A stretch of DNA of 64,000 nt, from contig CALUVP010000140.1 of the NCBI GenBank assembly GCA_944324215.1, positions 139 through 64,138 on the forward strand. Reading direction: 5' to 3'. Both the position numbers and the translations under genes were made by a program. The notes under the pieces were generated by a model that was given only the letters and a program-made list of their open reading frames with translations, did no database searches and had not been told where the DNA came from. This document shows, one piece after another, positions 37,642-46,608 of the stretch. How positions within the stretch are numbered: position 1 is the stretch's first letter; the number at the start of each line of letters is the position of its first letter. The DNA comes from Candidatus Gastranaerophilales bacterium (lineage in GTDB: Bacteria; Cyanobacteriota; Vampirovibrionia; Gastranaerophilales; Gastranaerophilaceae).

Positions 37642-38071
37642 CCAACTCCTCTATATTATCCCCTTGATAAGTGTTTACAGTAGCACTTGCAATCTCTTCT
37701 CCGAATTTATCGTATATTAAACAATCAAAAACGGCAATTTTGTTATCCGTAAAGATTTCGTGTACCGTAACTTTATATTCTTCTCCTTCTTTAAAATAAG
37801 GAATTTTGTTGTTATAAAGCCTTGTTCCTAAAAGCAAACCAGGCTTTGGTTCAGACTCTTTGTTTTTAAAATAAGCATAAGCTCCTATCGTCTGCGCCAT
37901 AAACTCTATTCCGGTAAGAGAATTAATCCCCTTATCTTCTTCAAAAAAAACCTTTTTAGGATAAACCCTAAACACAGAACTAAGCTTCGCATTTTCAATA
38001 TCAACTTCTACTATGTCATCCAAAAGAATCATTGGCGGTTTATGCGGAAGTATTTTCGTTAAATCATACAT
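37628..38071 (-). CDS. ApeP-like hotdog-fold 3-hydroxyacyl-ACP dehydratase
   Basis: LPHKPPMILLD, IEFMAQ, GLLLGTR. Confidence 0.75.
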   Translation of the reverse strand: MYDLTKILPHKPPMILLDDIVEVDIENAKLSSVFRVYPKKVFFEEDKGINSLTGIEFMAQTIGAYAYFKNKESEPKPGLLLGTRLYNNKIPYFKEGEEYKVTVHEIFTDNKIAVFDCLIYDKFGEEIASATVNTYQGDNIEELVESE

Positions 38072-38374
38072 GTTGATATTATAAAACAAAATAGGGTAAA
38101 AAAGTAGTGTTAGTGATTCGTCATATTTAGTCATAAGATGCTGAAACAAGTTCACCAAGATTTTAAAGTATTACAAACGTAAACTTTTAGTCAGAATGCT
38201 CTTTCCTCAGCTCCTTGAGGGAAGGAAATACTGAGATTATAAAGTTATTTTCTTTGTTTAACAAATTCTGGAGAAATAGTTGGTAGTACTTATATAAAAA
38301 GTAGTGCTATAACATTTTTATATCAGGTTTCACAAAATATTTATAATATTGTCAAACAGATAAGGAAATATCGT

Positions 38375-38563
38375 TTGGAATGCGGTTTTACCCAAGAACA
38401 GCTCTCGGAAATGTTGTCTAAAAATACAAAATATATAAGAGATATAGAGCGTTATGAAAGGCTGATAAGTAATAAAATGTTAATAAATTTGTTAGATATT
38501 TTACAAATTCAACCATCTGAATTTTATTCTTTTGATACACCTTATATTTGGGATAAGAAATAG
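38375..38563 (+). CDS. XRE family HTH regulator; start uncertain, possibly decayed
   Basis: (IRKYR)LECGFTQEQLSE...YIRDIER; frame is open upstream without an ATG. Confidence 0.55.
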   Translation: MECGFTQEQLSEMLSKNTKYIRDIERYERLISNKMLINLLDILQIQPSEFYSFDTPYIWDKK

Positions 38564-38628
38564 AACTATTTTTATTTATTGATTTGTAGTTAGAATAAAA
38601 GAGAGATTTCTTGCTGTGAATAAAAAGA

Positions 38629-39177
38629 TTAAAGCTCAAAATATTCGGCTTTATCAAGTATTCTTTCATCTCGATAGTAGCTGTTGTAAAGTTTTGCACG
38701 TTTAACAATGTTGTACCATTGATTATAATTAGCCATAAAATCTTCCCTGTCTTTGTTCATATAATGAATGGTAACAATTCCCTCATATCCCCTTGTAATT
38801 CTTAAAAATTCACATTGAGCTTCAACGTTTTTGTAACTGTGAGTACAACGCCCAATTATTGCATCATTAGGAGTAAGGCGAAGTGTTTTATAAGGTGCTG
38901 TCGGATTAATTCTCAAAAGTCTTGCTGAGCTGTTGTTAAGGAAAACATTTATAGGATAAGTAGAATGTTTATAGGAATGTATTACAATAGAGCGTCGCCA
39001 ATCATTCGAATTTTGTCCTTTTGGTACGTATTGTAAAATCGCTTCATTACCAACTTTTTTGTAATATCCTTTAAGCCAAAGCTCCTTGTCCGGAAACTTT
39101 ATTATAATAGTTTCGTAGGCAAGAGCCGGTAAAATCAGTAAACCAAAAATTATACTAAATAAAAGGGCTTTTTTCAT
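38629..39177 (-). CDS. Exported hypothetical protein
   Basis: Signal peptide MKKALLFSIIFGLLILPALA. Confidence 0.7.
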   Translation of the reverse strand: MKKALLFSIIFGLLILPALAYETIIIKFPDKELWLKGYYKKVGNEAILQYVPKGQNSNDWRRSIVIHSYKHSTYPINVFLNNSSARLLRINPTAPYKTLRLTPNDAIIGRCTHSYKNVEAQCEFLRITRGYEGIVTIHYMNKDREDFMANYNQWYNIVKRAKLYNSYYRDERILDKAEYFEL

Positions 39178-39820
39178 CCGCAATAACCCCGTTATCCCCT
39201 ACATTTGTAATTTTTTTCAGAAGCTCCGGCGCAAAAATTTCACTCTCAAAATGCCCGATATCAAAAACAACTTTCTTAGCATCAAGCGCAGTGTGGAATT
39301 TAACATCTCCTGTCACAAAAGCATCGGTTTGTCCGATAAATTCTGAGCCTGATCCGGCGCAAAAACCGATTGTTCTTACGGTTTTTGCGCCTTGATTATT
39401 TACATACCTTAATTTAGGAGAAATCTCCATTAATCTGTTTTTAAGTTCCTCTACGGTGATTTCTTCTTCAAGCTCTACTATTCTTACAAAATCATCATTT
39501 CTTGTTTTTGTAAAACCTAATTTTTCAATTATTAAATCGCTCGTTCCACCTTCTGCTCTGTCTAAATTTGTATGAGCAGAATATATATTAATATCTTTGT
39601 ACTCAAACGGAACAAAAAACAGCGGATGATGAGAAATAATCATATCGCAATTTTTTTCTTTTGCCTGTCTTACAACATCATCGGTTATAGTGAGCGCAAA
39701 GAGGATTTTATTAACTTCTTCTCTCTCTAAATCCACTCCCCAACCGCTTGAATCCCAGCTTTCTTGTGTATCGAGCGGTGCAAACTCTTCTATTTTACGG
39801 ACAATTTCATATTTATTCAA
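39155..39820 (-). CDS. Nif3-like dinuclear metal center protein
   Basis: ESWDSSG, ISHHPLFF, HTNLD, CAGSG, TGDVKFH, GHFESE; TTG start with GGAGG. Confidence 0.88.
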   Translation of the reverse strand: MNKYEIVRKIEEFAPLDTQESWDSSGWGVDLEREEVNKILFALTITDDVVRQAKEKNCDMIISHHPLFFVPFEYKDINIYSAHTNLDRAEGGTSDLIIEKLGFTKTRNDDFVRIVELEEEITVEELKNRLMEISPKLRYVNNQGAKTVRTIGFCAGSGSEFIGQTDAFVTGDVKFHTALDAKKVVFDIGHFESEIFAPELLKKITNVGDNGVIADEKSPFI

Positions 39821-41240
39821 AAATTTCCTCCAAAATACGTTTGGCAATATTTTCTTTAGTATCTTTTTCAATATGTTTTATATTTAGAGATTTGTCAATT
39901 ATGTAAACTTCGTTTTCATCACTGTTAAATCCGATATCTTTTCTTGAAATATCGTTTGCGATAAGGTAATCACAGCCTTTTTTCTGAATTTTTGTTTTTG
40001 CGTTTTCAATTAAGTTTTCGCTCTCCGCGCAAAACCCTACTACTACGTAGGTAGACTTCTGGTCGGAACACAATTGTGAAATGCCACTATTGTATTGAGC
40101 TTCCCTGTGTTCCTCATTCGCTTCTGTTCCATATTGTTTGTCAAATTCAGCTACGTAGGTAGACCTTTGGTCGGAACACAATTGTGAAGTGCCACTATTG
40201 TATTGAGCTTCCCTGTGTTCCTCATTGTAGGGTTTAATATTTACACCCCTTTGTCCTTCGGACATTTCCCCCTCAAGGGGGGCAACAGCTTCTTGATGAG
40301 AAGCCAAATTTATTCTTTCTTGGCAAATTTCCTTCAAAATGTCAGGATTTTCGACTAGCTTAAGGTTAAGTTCGCCGCCTTGTTTTTTGATTTTTTGTTC
40401 AGAAACGTTTTCGACACGATAGTCCGAAACTGCTGCCGACATTATTACGCAATCTTTAGCTGAGAGATTTTCTTTTACTGCTTTTTCCATCTCTAAGGCT
40501 GTCGGTGTAACTATATTTCTGTAAGGTTTTTCAACCCCAAAAGTTGAAATCAACGTAACATCAGCACCCATTTTGTAGGCATTATCTGCAAGAGCTATTC
40601 CCATTTTCCCTGAAGATGAATTGGTAATATACCTTACAGGGTCTATTTTTTCTCTTGTTCCGCCTGCTGTTATGAGAATTTTCTTGCCTTTGAGAATTTG
40701 TTTTTGTGAAAACATTGCAACGGTTTTTTCAAAAATATCTTCAACTTCTCTCATTCTTCCGATACCGTTAACTCCACAGGCGAGGAAGCCGGATGCCGGT
40801 TCTAAAACCTCGTATCCTGCCGTTTTTAATTTAGTCATGTTTTCTTGGACAAATTTGTTGTTCCACATATTTTCATTCATTGCAGGAACTATTAAAATCG
40901 GTCTAGCAAAAGCGCAAGCTGTTGAAAGCAGAAGGTTATCACAAATTCCGTTTGCGAGCTTTCCTATAGTATTAGCACTTGCCGGTGCGATTACAAAAAT
41001 ATCCGATTCAGTTAGTGCTATATGTTCAGGCTTATACTCATCTATTTCAAAATTATCTACATAAACCTCATTACCCGAAAGAGTTTGGAGGGTTAATTTG
41101 GTAACGAAATTAAGTGCATTTGGAGTTACGACAACTCTTACATTTGCGCCTGATTTTTTGTAAAGTCTTATAAGATTACAAATTTTATAAGCTGCAATTC
41201 CGCCGGTTATTCCGATTAAGATATTTTTGTTTTCTAACAT
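39813..41240 (-). CDS. coaBC: Bifunctional phosphopantothenoylcysteine decarboxylase/ligase with a repeat-derived in-frame insert
   Basis: TGGIAAYK, PAMN, LACG..G.GR, IDPVRYITNSSSGKMG, AAVSDY, VGFCAES. Confidence 0.93.
   Translation of the reverse strand: MLENKNILIGITGGIAAYKICNLIRLYKKSGANVRVVVTPNALNFVTKLTLQTLSGNEVYVDNFEIDEYKPEHIALTESDIFVIAPASANTIGKLANGICDNLLLSTACAFARPILIVPAMNENMWNNKFVQENMTKLKTAGYEVLEPASGFLACGVNGIGRMREVEDIFEKTVAMFSQKQILKGKKILITAGGTREKIDPVRYITNSSSGKMGIALADNAYKMGADVTLISTFGVEKPYRNIVTPTALEMEKAVKENLSAKDCVIMSAAVSDYRVENVSEQKIKKQGGELNLKLVENPDILKEICQERINLASHQEAVAPLEGEMSEGQRGVNIKPYNEEHREAQYNSGTSQLCSDQRSTYVAEFDKQYGTEANEEHREAQYNSGISQLCSDQKSTYVVVGFCAESENLIENAKTKIQKKGCDYLIANDISRKDIGFNSDENEVYIIDKSLNIKHIEKDTKENIAKRILEEIFE
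40043..40226 (-). repeat. Two 76-bp palindromic elements (period 108 bp) inside coaBC
   Basis: 40043-40118 and 40151-40226, 73/76 identical; stem GGAACACA/TGTGTTCC. Confidence 0.9.
40243..40284. repeat. REP-like CCCCT...AGGGG hairpin inside coaBC
   Basis: ACACCCCTTTGTCCTTCGGACATTTCCCCCTCAAGGGGGGC. Confidence 0.7.
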
Positions 41241-41247
41241 AAAACCT

Positions 41248-41727
41248 CTATTGTTTTATTAATTGGGTTATTTCAATTTTCTCAGGGTTTTCTAATTCCC
41301 TTTTGATATCCTCAACGGATACGTGAAGTATCGGAGAATTATCGTCTTTTTTCAAGTAAACATCTACAATACCTGATTGAACAATAAATCTTTTGCATAA
41401 AATACAGATAAAATTATGTCCGTAAATGTACATTGTAGCGCCCATACATCTGTCTTGTCCTGCTTGAATAATCGCATTTTGTTCAGCGTGAATTGAACGG
41501 CAAGTTTCATAACAAGTGCCTGAGGGAATATTGTTTTTTATTCTGTAGCATTCGCCTCTTTCATAACAGGATTCTACTCCTGAAGGTGTTCCGTTATATC
41601 CTGTTGCTTTAATTTTCTTATCTTGTCCGACAATTACTGCTCCGACTTGTGCGCGCAGGCAATTAGAGCGTGATGAACAAGTTTTTGCCATATCCAAAAA
41701 ATAATCTGTCCAAGATTTGATACCCAT
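41248..41727 (-). CDS. dCMP deaminase / ComEB family
   Basis: TGYNG, HAEQNAI, CILC; GGAGG RBS. Confidence 0.88.
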   Translation of the reverse strand: MGIKSWTDYFLDMAKTCSSRSNCLRAQVGAVIVGQDKKIKATGYNGTPSGVESCYERGECYRIKNNIPSGTCYETCRSIHAEQNAIIQAGQDRCMGATMYIYGHNFICILCKRFIVQSGIVDVYLKKDDNSPILHVSVEDIKRELENPEKIEITQLIKQ

Positions 41728-41786
41728 ATCCTGATACCTCCATACTCTCATTATACTTTAAAAAATCAGTATGATATAATTTGTTT

Positions 41787-42431
41787 ATGAAAAAGTTCTT
41801 TTTGTCCCTTCTGGACTTGATTTACAGAAAAAAATGTTATTTTTGCTCCTCTTCTAAATATTCTCTAAAAATGTGTCCAAAGTGTTATGAGGAACTTTGT
41901 TTTGGAACTTCTAACCCTTCAAGAATAATTGAAGGAGTGAATATTTTTTCTTGCGGAATTTATGAAAAGACTCTCCAAAAACTTATTAGAGGACTAAAAT
42001 ACCATAAGCAAAAAGAATTGGCGTATTATCTTGCTAAATTTATGTACGAATATTGGAACTCTTTAGAAATTTCTGGAGATTTTCAGGTTGTTCCCGTTCC
42101 TTTGCACAAAAATCGTATTAAAAAGAGAAAATATAACCACATGGAACTTGTCGCGGAAGAATTTTGTAAATTAAGCGGATACAGTTTGAATACAGAATTA
42201 ATAACAAGGGTAAAGGACACAAAACCTCAGTATAAATTATCCAGAAAGGAGCGTTTGGAGAATTTATCAGAAGCTTTTGAGGTCGATAAATCCAGGGATT
42301 TAGGTAAATCAATTTTGATACTGGATGATATTTGTACAACAGGGGCAACTTTTGAAGAAATGATAAAAACTTTAAAATCTGAAGGTTTAAACGATATTGT
42401 ATGCCTCTCTTCATCAAGCCCGTGTTTGTGA
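41787..42431 (+). CDS. comF: ComF family amidophosphoribosyltransferase-like protein
   Basis: CYFC...CPKC zinc ribbon, VPVPLH, ILDDICTTGAT. Confidence 0.88.
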   Translation: MKKFFLSLLDLIYRKKCYFCSSSKYSLKMCPKCYEELCFGTSNPSRIIEGVNIFSCGIYEKTLQKLIRGLKYHKQKELAYYLAKFMYEYWNSLEISGDFQVVPVPLHKNRIKKRKYNHMELVAEEFCKLSGYSLNTELITRVKDTKPQYKLSRKERLENLSEAFEVDKSRDLGKSILILDDICTTGATFEEMIKTLKSEGLNDIVCLSSSSPCL

Positions 42432-42468
42432 TACAATCTGAGATATAAAAAGAAAAGGAATTGAGATT

Positions 42469-44025
42469 ATGGAAAAATTTTATATCACAACTGCAATTGA
42501 TTACGTAAACGGAGCTCCGCATATCGGACACGCTTATGAAAAAATTCTTACCGATGTTATTTACAGACATTTTACACAAAGATGCGATAACACTTATTTT
42601 TTAACAGGAACTGATGAGCACGGAATTAAAATTCAAAAAACATCTGCTGAAAAAGGTGTTTCGCCTAAAGAATTTTGTGATATGAATGCCCAAAAATTTA
42701 AAGATGCGTGGAAAGCGCTCGATATTGATTATTCTCAATTTATAAGAACTACAGACGAGCAGCACGAAAAAGTTGTACAAAAGATTTTCAAAAAACTTGT
42801 TGATAAAGGTGATATTTATAAACACGCATATACAGGGCTTTATTGCTCAGGCTGCGAAGCTTTCTTGAGTGAAAAAGATTTAACAGAAGACGGGCTTTGT
42901 CCTGACCACTTGAAAAAACCTGAAGTTGTTAAAGAAGAAAATTACTTCTTTAAATTAACTAAATACAAAGATGCGATAATTAAACATATCAAAACAAATC
43001 CAGATTTCATTATTCCGTCTTTCAGGGCGAATGAAGTAATAAATCAGCTTGAAAATATTGAAGATATTTCGGTTTCTCGTGCAAAAACTAACGTAAACTG
43101 GGGTATACCTGTTCTTGGAGATGATGAACAAGTTATTTATGTTTGGATAGACGCTCTATCTAATTATATTACAGCTCTCGGGTACGATCCTGAGGGTTCC
43201 TCTGAAAAATTTAAACAATTCTGGCCTGCAACTGTTCAGGTAATCGGTAAGGATATTCTTAAATTCCATAGTATTTATTGGCTTGCAATACTTATGGCGC
43301 TTGAGCTTCCTCTTCCTGAACATATCTTGGCTCACGGCTGGATTACGATTGACCAGACTAAGATGTCAAAATCTCTCGGTAATGTAATTTCTCCGACAAG
43401 CGTTATGGAAGCGTTTAATTTGGATATTCCTGATCCTTTCAGATATTATATGGCTTCAGCTGCACCTTGCGGCAAGGACGGTAATTATTCTGACGAGGAT
43501 TTTAAAGAAAAAGTTAATGCTCATTTGGCGAACTCTATGGGAAATCTTTTGAACAGAACTTTATCTATGCTTGTAAAATACTTTGACGGTGATATTAAGC
43601 CGGAATTTTTAGGCAAAAATTCTTTGAAAGAACAAGCTCTTGATACTGTTAAGGCTGTTAAACATCATTTTGATTATATGGAAATTCAAGAAGCTGCACT
43701 GAAAATTAACGAGCTTGTTGATATTACAAACAAATACGTAACTGATAATGCGCCTTGGACTTTGGCTAAGGAAGGTCAGATGGATAAGTGTGGAGAAGTT
43801 TTAACAAACGTATTGCAAGTTATGACTGTAATTTCTTCTCTAATTTACCCGTATTGTCCTAATATTGCAAAAGCTATGGCTGAACAATTATCTTATGATT
43901 TGAGTACTAAACTTGATGATATTACTTGCGAAAGCTTAAATGCAGGTCATTTGATTGATAAAGAAAACATCAAACCTGTATTTTTAAGATTAGATAGCGA
44001 GCTTGCCGATAAAAAGAAAAACTAA
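42469..44025 (+). CDS. metG: Methionine--tRNA ligase, short form
   Basis: YVNGAPHIGH, GTDEHG, YVWIDAL, KMSKS. Confidence 0.96.
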   Translation: MEKFYITTAIDYVNGAPHIGHAYEKILTDVIYRHFTQRCDNTYFLTGTDEHGIKIQKTSAEKGVSPKEFCDMNAQKFKDAWKALDIDYSQFIRTTDEQHEKVVQKIFKKLVDKGDIYKHAYTGLYCSGCEAFLSEKDLTEDGLCPDHLKKPEVVKEENYFFKLTKYKDAIIKHIKTNPDFIIPSFRANEVINQLENIEDISVSRAKTNVNWGIPVLGDDEQVIYVWIDALSNYITALGYDPEGSSEKFKQFWPATVQVIGKDILKFHSIYWLAILMALELPLPEHILAHGWITIDQTKMSKSLGNVISPTSVMEAFNLDIPDPFRYYMASAAPCGKDGNYSDEDFKEKVNAHLANSMGNLLNRTLSMLVKYFDGDIKPEFLGKNSLKEQALDTVKAVKHHFDYMEIQEAALKINELVDITNKYVTDNAPWTLAKEGQMDKCGEVLTNVLQVMTVISSLIYPYCPNIAKAMAEQLSYDLSTKLDDITCESLNAGHLIDKENIKPVFLRLDSELADKKKN

Positions 44026-44801
44026 TATATCTTTGAAAACGAATTAAAGAAATCAGAAATTACGTTAATAAGCATCGGCAAAATCCAAATCATAATTGCA
44101 GCGCCAAAAACAGGCTTGAATAAGAAGCTCAATTGGAAGACGTTTACTTGTGGTGCGGTTTTAGAAATTACACCCAAGATAATGTCTTGCCCTAATGTTG
44201 CCAAAAGTACGGGAGATGCAATTTGTAAGCCCATATACAAAACATTTGATGTCATTTTAATAAGATAGTCCATGTTGATTATCTTCTCCAAAGGAATGCT
44301 AACTGCATATATTGGAAATATTTCAAAGCTCCTTACAAGAGCGTTTATAAGCCAATAAAACCCGCCAAGCTCCATAAAAATTACCAAACCTAAAAGGGTA
44401 ATTATACGGCTCAAAATAGAAGTTTGACTATTTGTAGTAGGATCCATTACCATCGCAGAAGACAAACCCATTTGTGTATTTATCATATCGCCGCCTGCTT
44501 CGATTGCTTGTATTAGAAGCTGAGCGGTATAACCTATTATTGCACCTACAGCAAAATTTAGAAGTAATAATAGAAGAGGCGAAATTTCAGCAGGAGGAAA
44601 CGCAGGTTTCAAGATAGGAGTGAGCATTACAGTCAAAATAAACACAAATGCCAGCTTAACCAATCCCGCAATTTCTTTTCTGTTAAATATCGGAGCAAAT
44701 CTTACAAATCCTAAAAGCCTTGCAAATACTATAAAACCTGCAGAAAACCAACGGTCAAATTCAGGAAATAATAAGCCCATTTGACGTATTAATTCGTCCA
44801 T
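44022..44801 (-). CDS. fliR: Type III export gate protein FliR
   Basis: AGGDMINTQMGLS, GVISKTAPQVNVF. Confidence 0.88.
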   Translation of the reverse strand: MDELIRQMGLLFPEFDRWFSAGFIVFARLLGFVRFAPIFNRKEIAGLVKLAFVFILTVMLTPILKPAFPPAEISPLLLLLLNFAVGAIIGYTAQLLIQAIEAGGDMINTQMGLSSAMVMDPTTNSQTSILSRIITLLGLVIFMELGGFYWLINALVRSFEIFPIYAVSIPLEKIINMDYLIKMTSNVLYMGLQIASPVLLATLGQDIILGVISKTAPQVNVFQLSFLFKPVFGAAIMIWILPMLINVISDFFNSFSKIY

Positions 44802-45178
44802 TATCTTACCTCCTCTATGGATGGAGGTAAATCAAGCTCTAAATCTTCATCATTTTGAATCTCCGGAGGTAAATCAATACCTAGAACTTCAAAACTCTCT
44901 TCATCGCTTATAATTGTTTCGTCAGGCTTTACTTCCACATCGAACATTACTATATTTTTGTTGTTTTTTAAAACACAAAGTCTTGTCTTTCCTTCTTTTA
45001 ATGGGTGAACAAACAATATATTTTTTTCATTCATTATAGTAAACATAGGGTAAACATCTATTATGTCATTCTGTTCAATACTTATATCAGAAAGTTTCCC
45101 GTCAGTGGTTATTACGCAGTCCTGAAAAGCTTGCGAAGGAAGAATTATTAAACTGAATAATAACAAAAATTTTTTCAT
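44801..45178 (-). CDS. Exported hypothetical protein with an Ig-like pilus-assembly-type segment
   Basis: Signal peptide; LSDISIEQNDIIDV...LFVHPLKEGKTRL. Confidence 0.6.
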   Translation of the reverse strand: MKKFLLLFSLIILPSQAFQDCVITTDGKLSDISIEQNDIIDVYPMFTIMNEKNILFVHPLKEGKTRLCVLKNNKNIVMFDVEVKPDETIISDEESFEVLGIDLPPEIQNDEDLELDLPPSIEEVR

Positions 45179-45666
45179 TATCTACCTAACATTTTATTAA
45201 TTTCAACAAAATTGCCCTTTGGCATTGGAGCTTTTGGTGCAGTGTTATATTTAATTTTTTGATTTTTGTCTATATAAGGAACTTTACCGGGATTTTTCAT
45301 CAAGTCGTTAAAATTATCCTGGTTTTTAAACGAATCTTTCATCTCTCCCTCAAACGGAGTTGTATACTTGTAATAATCTGCTGGTAATACAAAGCTATCA
45401 TTTTTTGTTACATTATTAAAAGCAAGTGCCATGCCTTCTGAAAATAAGTTTGTCAATAATTTTATGAATCCCATACCACCAATAACTATTACCAAAAATA
45501 CAGCAAAAATCTTTGGTGCAGCTGCAATAGTTTGTTCTTGTACCTGAGTTACTGCTTGAATAATACCTACAACCAAACCGATTGCAGCAGCAGTAAGTAC
45601 ACATGGCATCGATATCGATAACATTACCATAAAACCTTTTGCTAAATATTCAGTTAACATTTCCAT
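45178..45666 (-). CDS. fliQ: FliQ with a C-terminal extension
   Basis: GLVVGIIQAVTQVQEQTI...PK; true start ATG 45666, since the track's upstream 23 aa are repeat-derived. Confidence 0.85.
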   Translation of the reverse strand: MEMLTEYLAKGFMVMLSISMPCVLTAAAIGLVVGIIQAVTQVQEQTIAAAPKIFAVFLVIVIGGMGFIKLLTNLFSEGMALAFNNVTKNDSFVLPADYYKYTTPFEGEMKDSFKNQDNFNDLMKNPGKVPYIDKNQKIKYNTAPKAPMPKGNFVEINKMLGR

Positions 45667-45674
45667 GTTTTTAA

Positions 45675-45910
45675 CCCTTTCTAGTCGGTTGGCAACGGTT
45701 TTGCCTAATTGTTTGATTTTGTCGTCCCCTGCCAACCTCTACTGTTTTTTGCTACCGACTGGTTGCCCTTTCTAGTCGGTTGGCAACGGTTTTGCCTAAT
45801 TGTTTGATTTTGTCGTCCCCTGCCAACCTCTGCTGTTTTTTGCTACCGACTGGTTGCCCTTTCTAGTCGGTTGGCAACGGTTTTGCCTAATTGTTTAGTT
45901 TTGCCTAATT
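45675..45910 (-). repeat. 91-bp tandem palindromic repeat, about 2.5 units, upstream of fliQ
   Basis: Units start at 45675, 45766 and 45857; stem GGTTGGCA/TGCCAACC around 35 nt. Confidence 0.9.
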
Positions 45911-45911
45911 T

Positions 45912-45946
45912 ACCCCACCCTAACCCTCCCCTTAAAAGGGAGGGGA
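45912..45946. repeat. REP-like CCCC...AGGGAGGGG hairpin
   Basis: ACCCCACCCTAACCCTCCCCTTAAAAGGGAGGGGA. Confidence 0.7.
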
Positions 45947-45960
45947 AGATATATTTACCC

Positions 45961-46599
45961 TTAGTTGTAACTCTGTACTAAACCCTGCACAATTAACGCC
46001 CAACCGTCTACGGCTATAAATATCAACAACTTGAACGGAAGTGAAATAATTGTTGGCGATAACATGAACATACCTAATGCAAGAAGTATATTTGCTACTA
46101 CCAAGTCTAGTACAATGAATGGTACAAATACGATAAAACCAATCTCAAATGCCGTTTTTAATTCACTCAGAATATAAGCAGGAGCTACTTCCCAAATTGT
46201 TATCTCTTCAGGACTCTTTGGCGGTGTTTTGTGTTTCAATTCCACAAAGAACGCCAAATCGGTTTCTCGAGTTTGTTTCATCATAAATTCTTTCAAAGGT
46301 TTAGAACCTTCATTAACAGCTTCTATAATGTTCTGATTTTTTTGATATGGAACTGAACCCATATCATACATTTGTTGAAAAACGTTACCCATTGTATAAA
46401 AGGTTAAAATCATACACAAACCGATTGTTACAATTGCAGGCGGAACTTGTACACCCATTGCAGTTTTTAATAGCGAAAATACTATTGTAAATCTTAAAAA
46501 ACAAGTCATACAGCAAAATACAAACGGTAGAAGCGAAAATAGCGTCATTACCGTTAGCATTTGTAAAACCGGGTTCATATCTTGTATTACAGAATTCAT
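45961..46599 (-). CDS. fliP: Type III export gate protein FliP, short form without a signal peptide
   Basis: MTCFLRFTIV, SELKTAFEIGF, GMFMLSPTIISLPFKLLIFIAVDGW. Confidence 0.92.
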   Translation of the reverse strand: MNSVIQDMNPVLQMLTVMTLFSLLPFVFCCMTCFLRFTIVFSLLKTAMGVQVPPAIVTIGLCMILTFYTMGNVFQQMYDMGSVPYQKNQNIIEAVNEGSKPLKEFMMKQTRETDLAFFVELKHKTPPKSPEEITIWEVAPAYILSELKTAFEIGFIVFVPFIVLDLVVANILLALGMFMLSPTIISLPFKLLIFIAVDGWALIVQGLVQSYN

Positions 46600-46608
46600 G
46601 TTTTTAAA

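Noticed and set aside
38136-38154. AGATGCTGAAACAAGTTCA, resembling half of a REP-like repeat
   Set aside because: Single degenerate copy with no partner arm in the window
45667-45735. N-terminal 23 aa of the 185-aa FliQ ORF, and ORF 46582-46818
   Set aside because: Both are translations of the non-coding repeat; FliQ similarity and the SD point to ATG 45666
45690-45900. c-di-GMP-I (GEMM) riboswitch suggested by GGCAAAACC...GGGACGACAAA on the minus strand
   Set aside because: The distance between the motifs is too long and the second stem with the tetraloop receptor is not evident; it would need an Rfam scan
45675-45910. Tandem repeats as a CRISPR array
   Set aside because: Units are 91 bp and nearly identical along their whole length, with no unique spacers and no cas genes in the window
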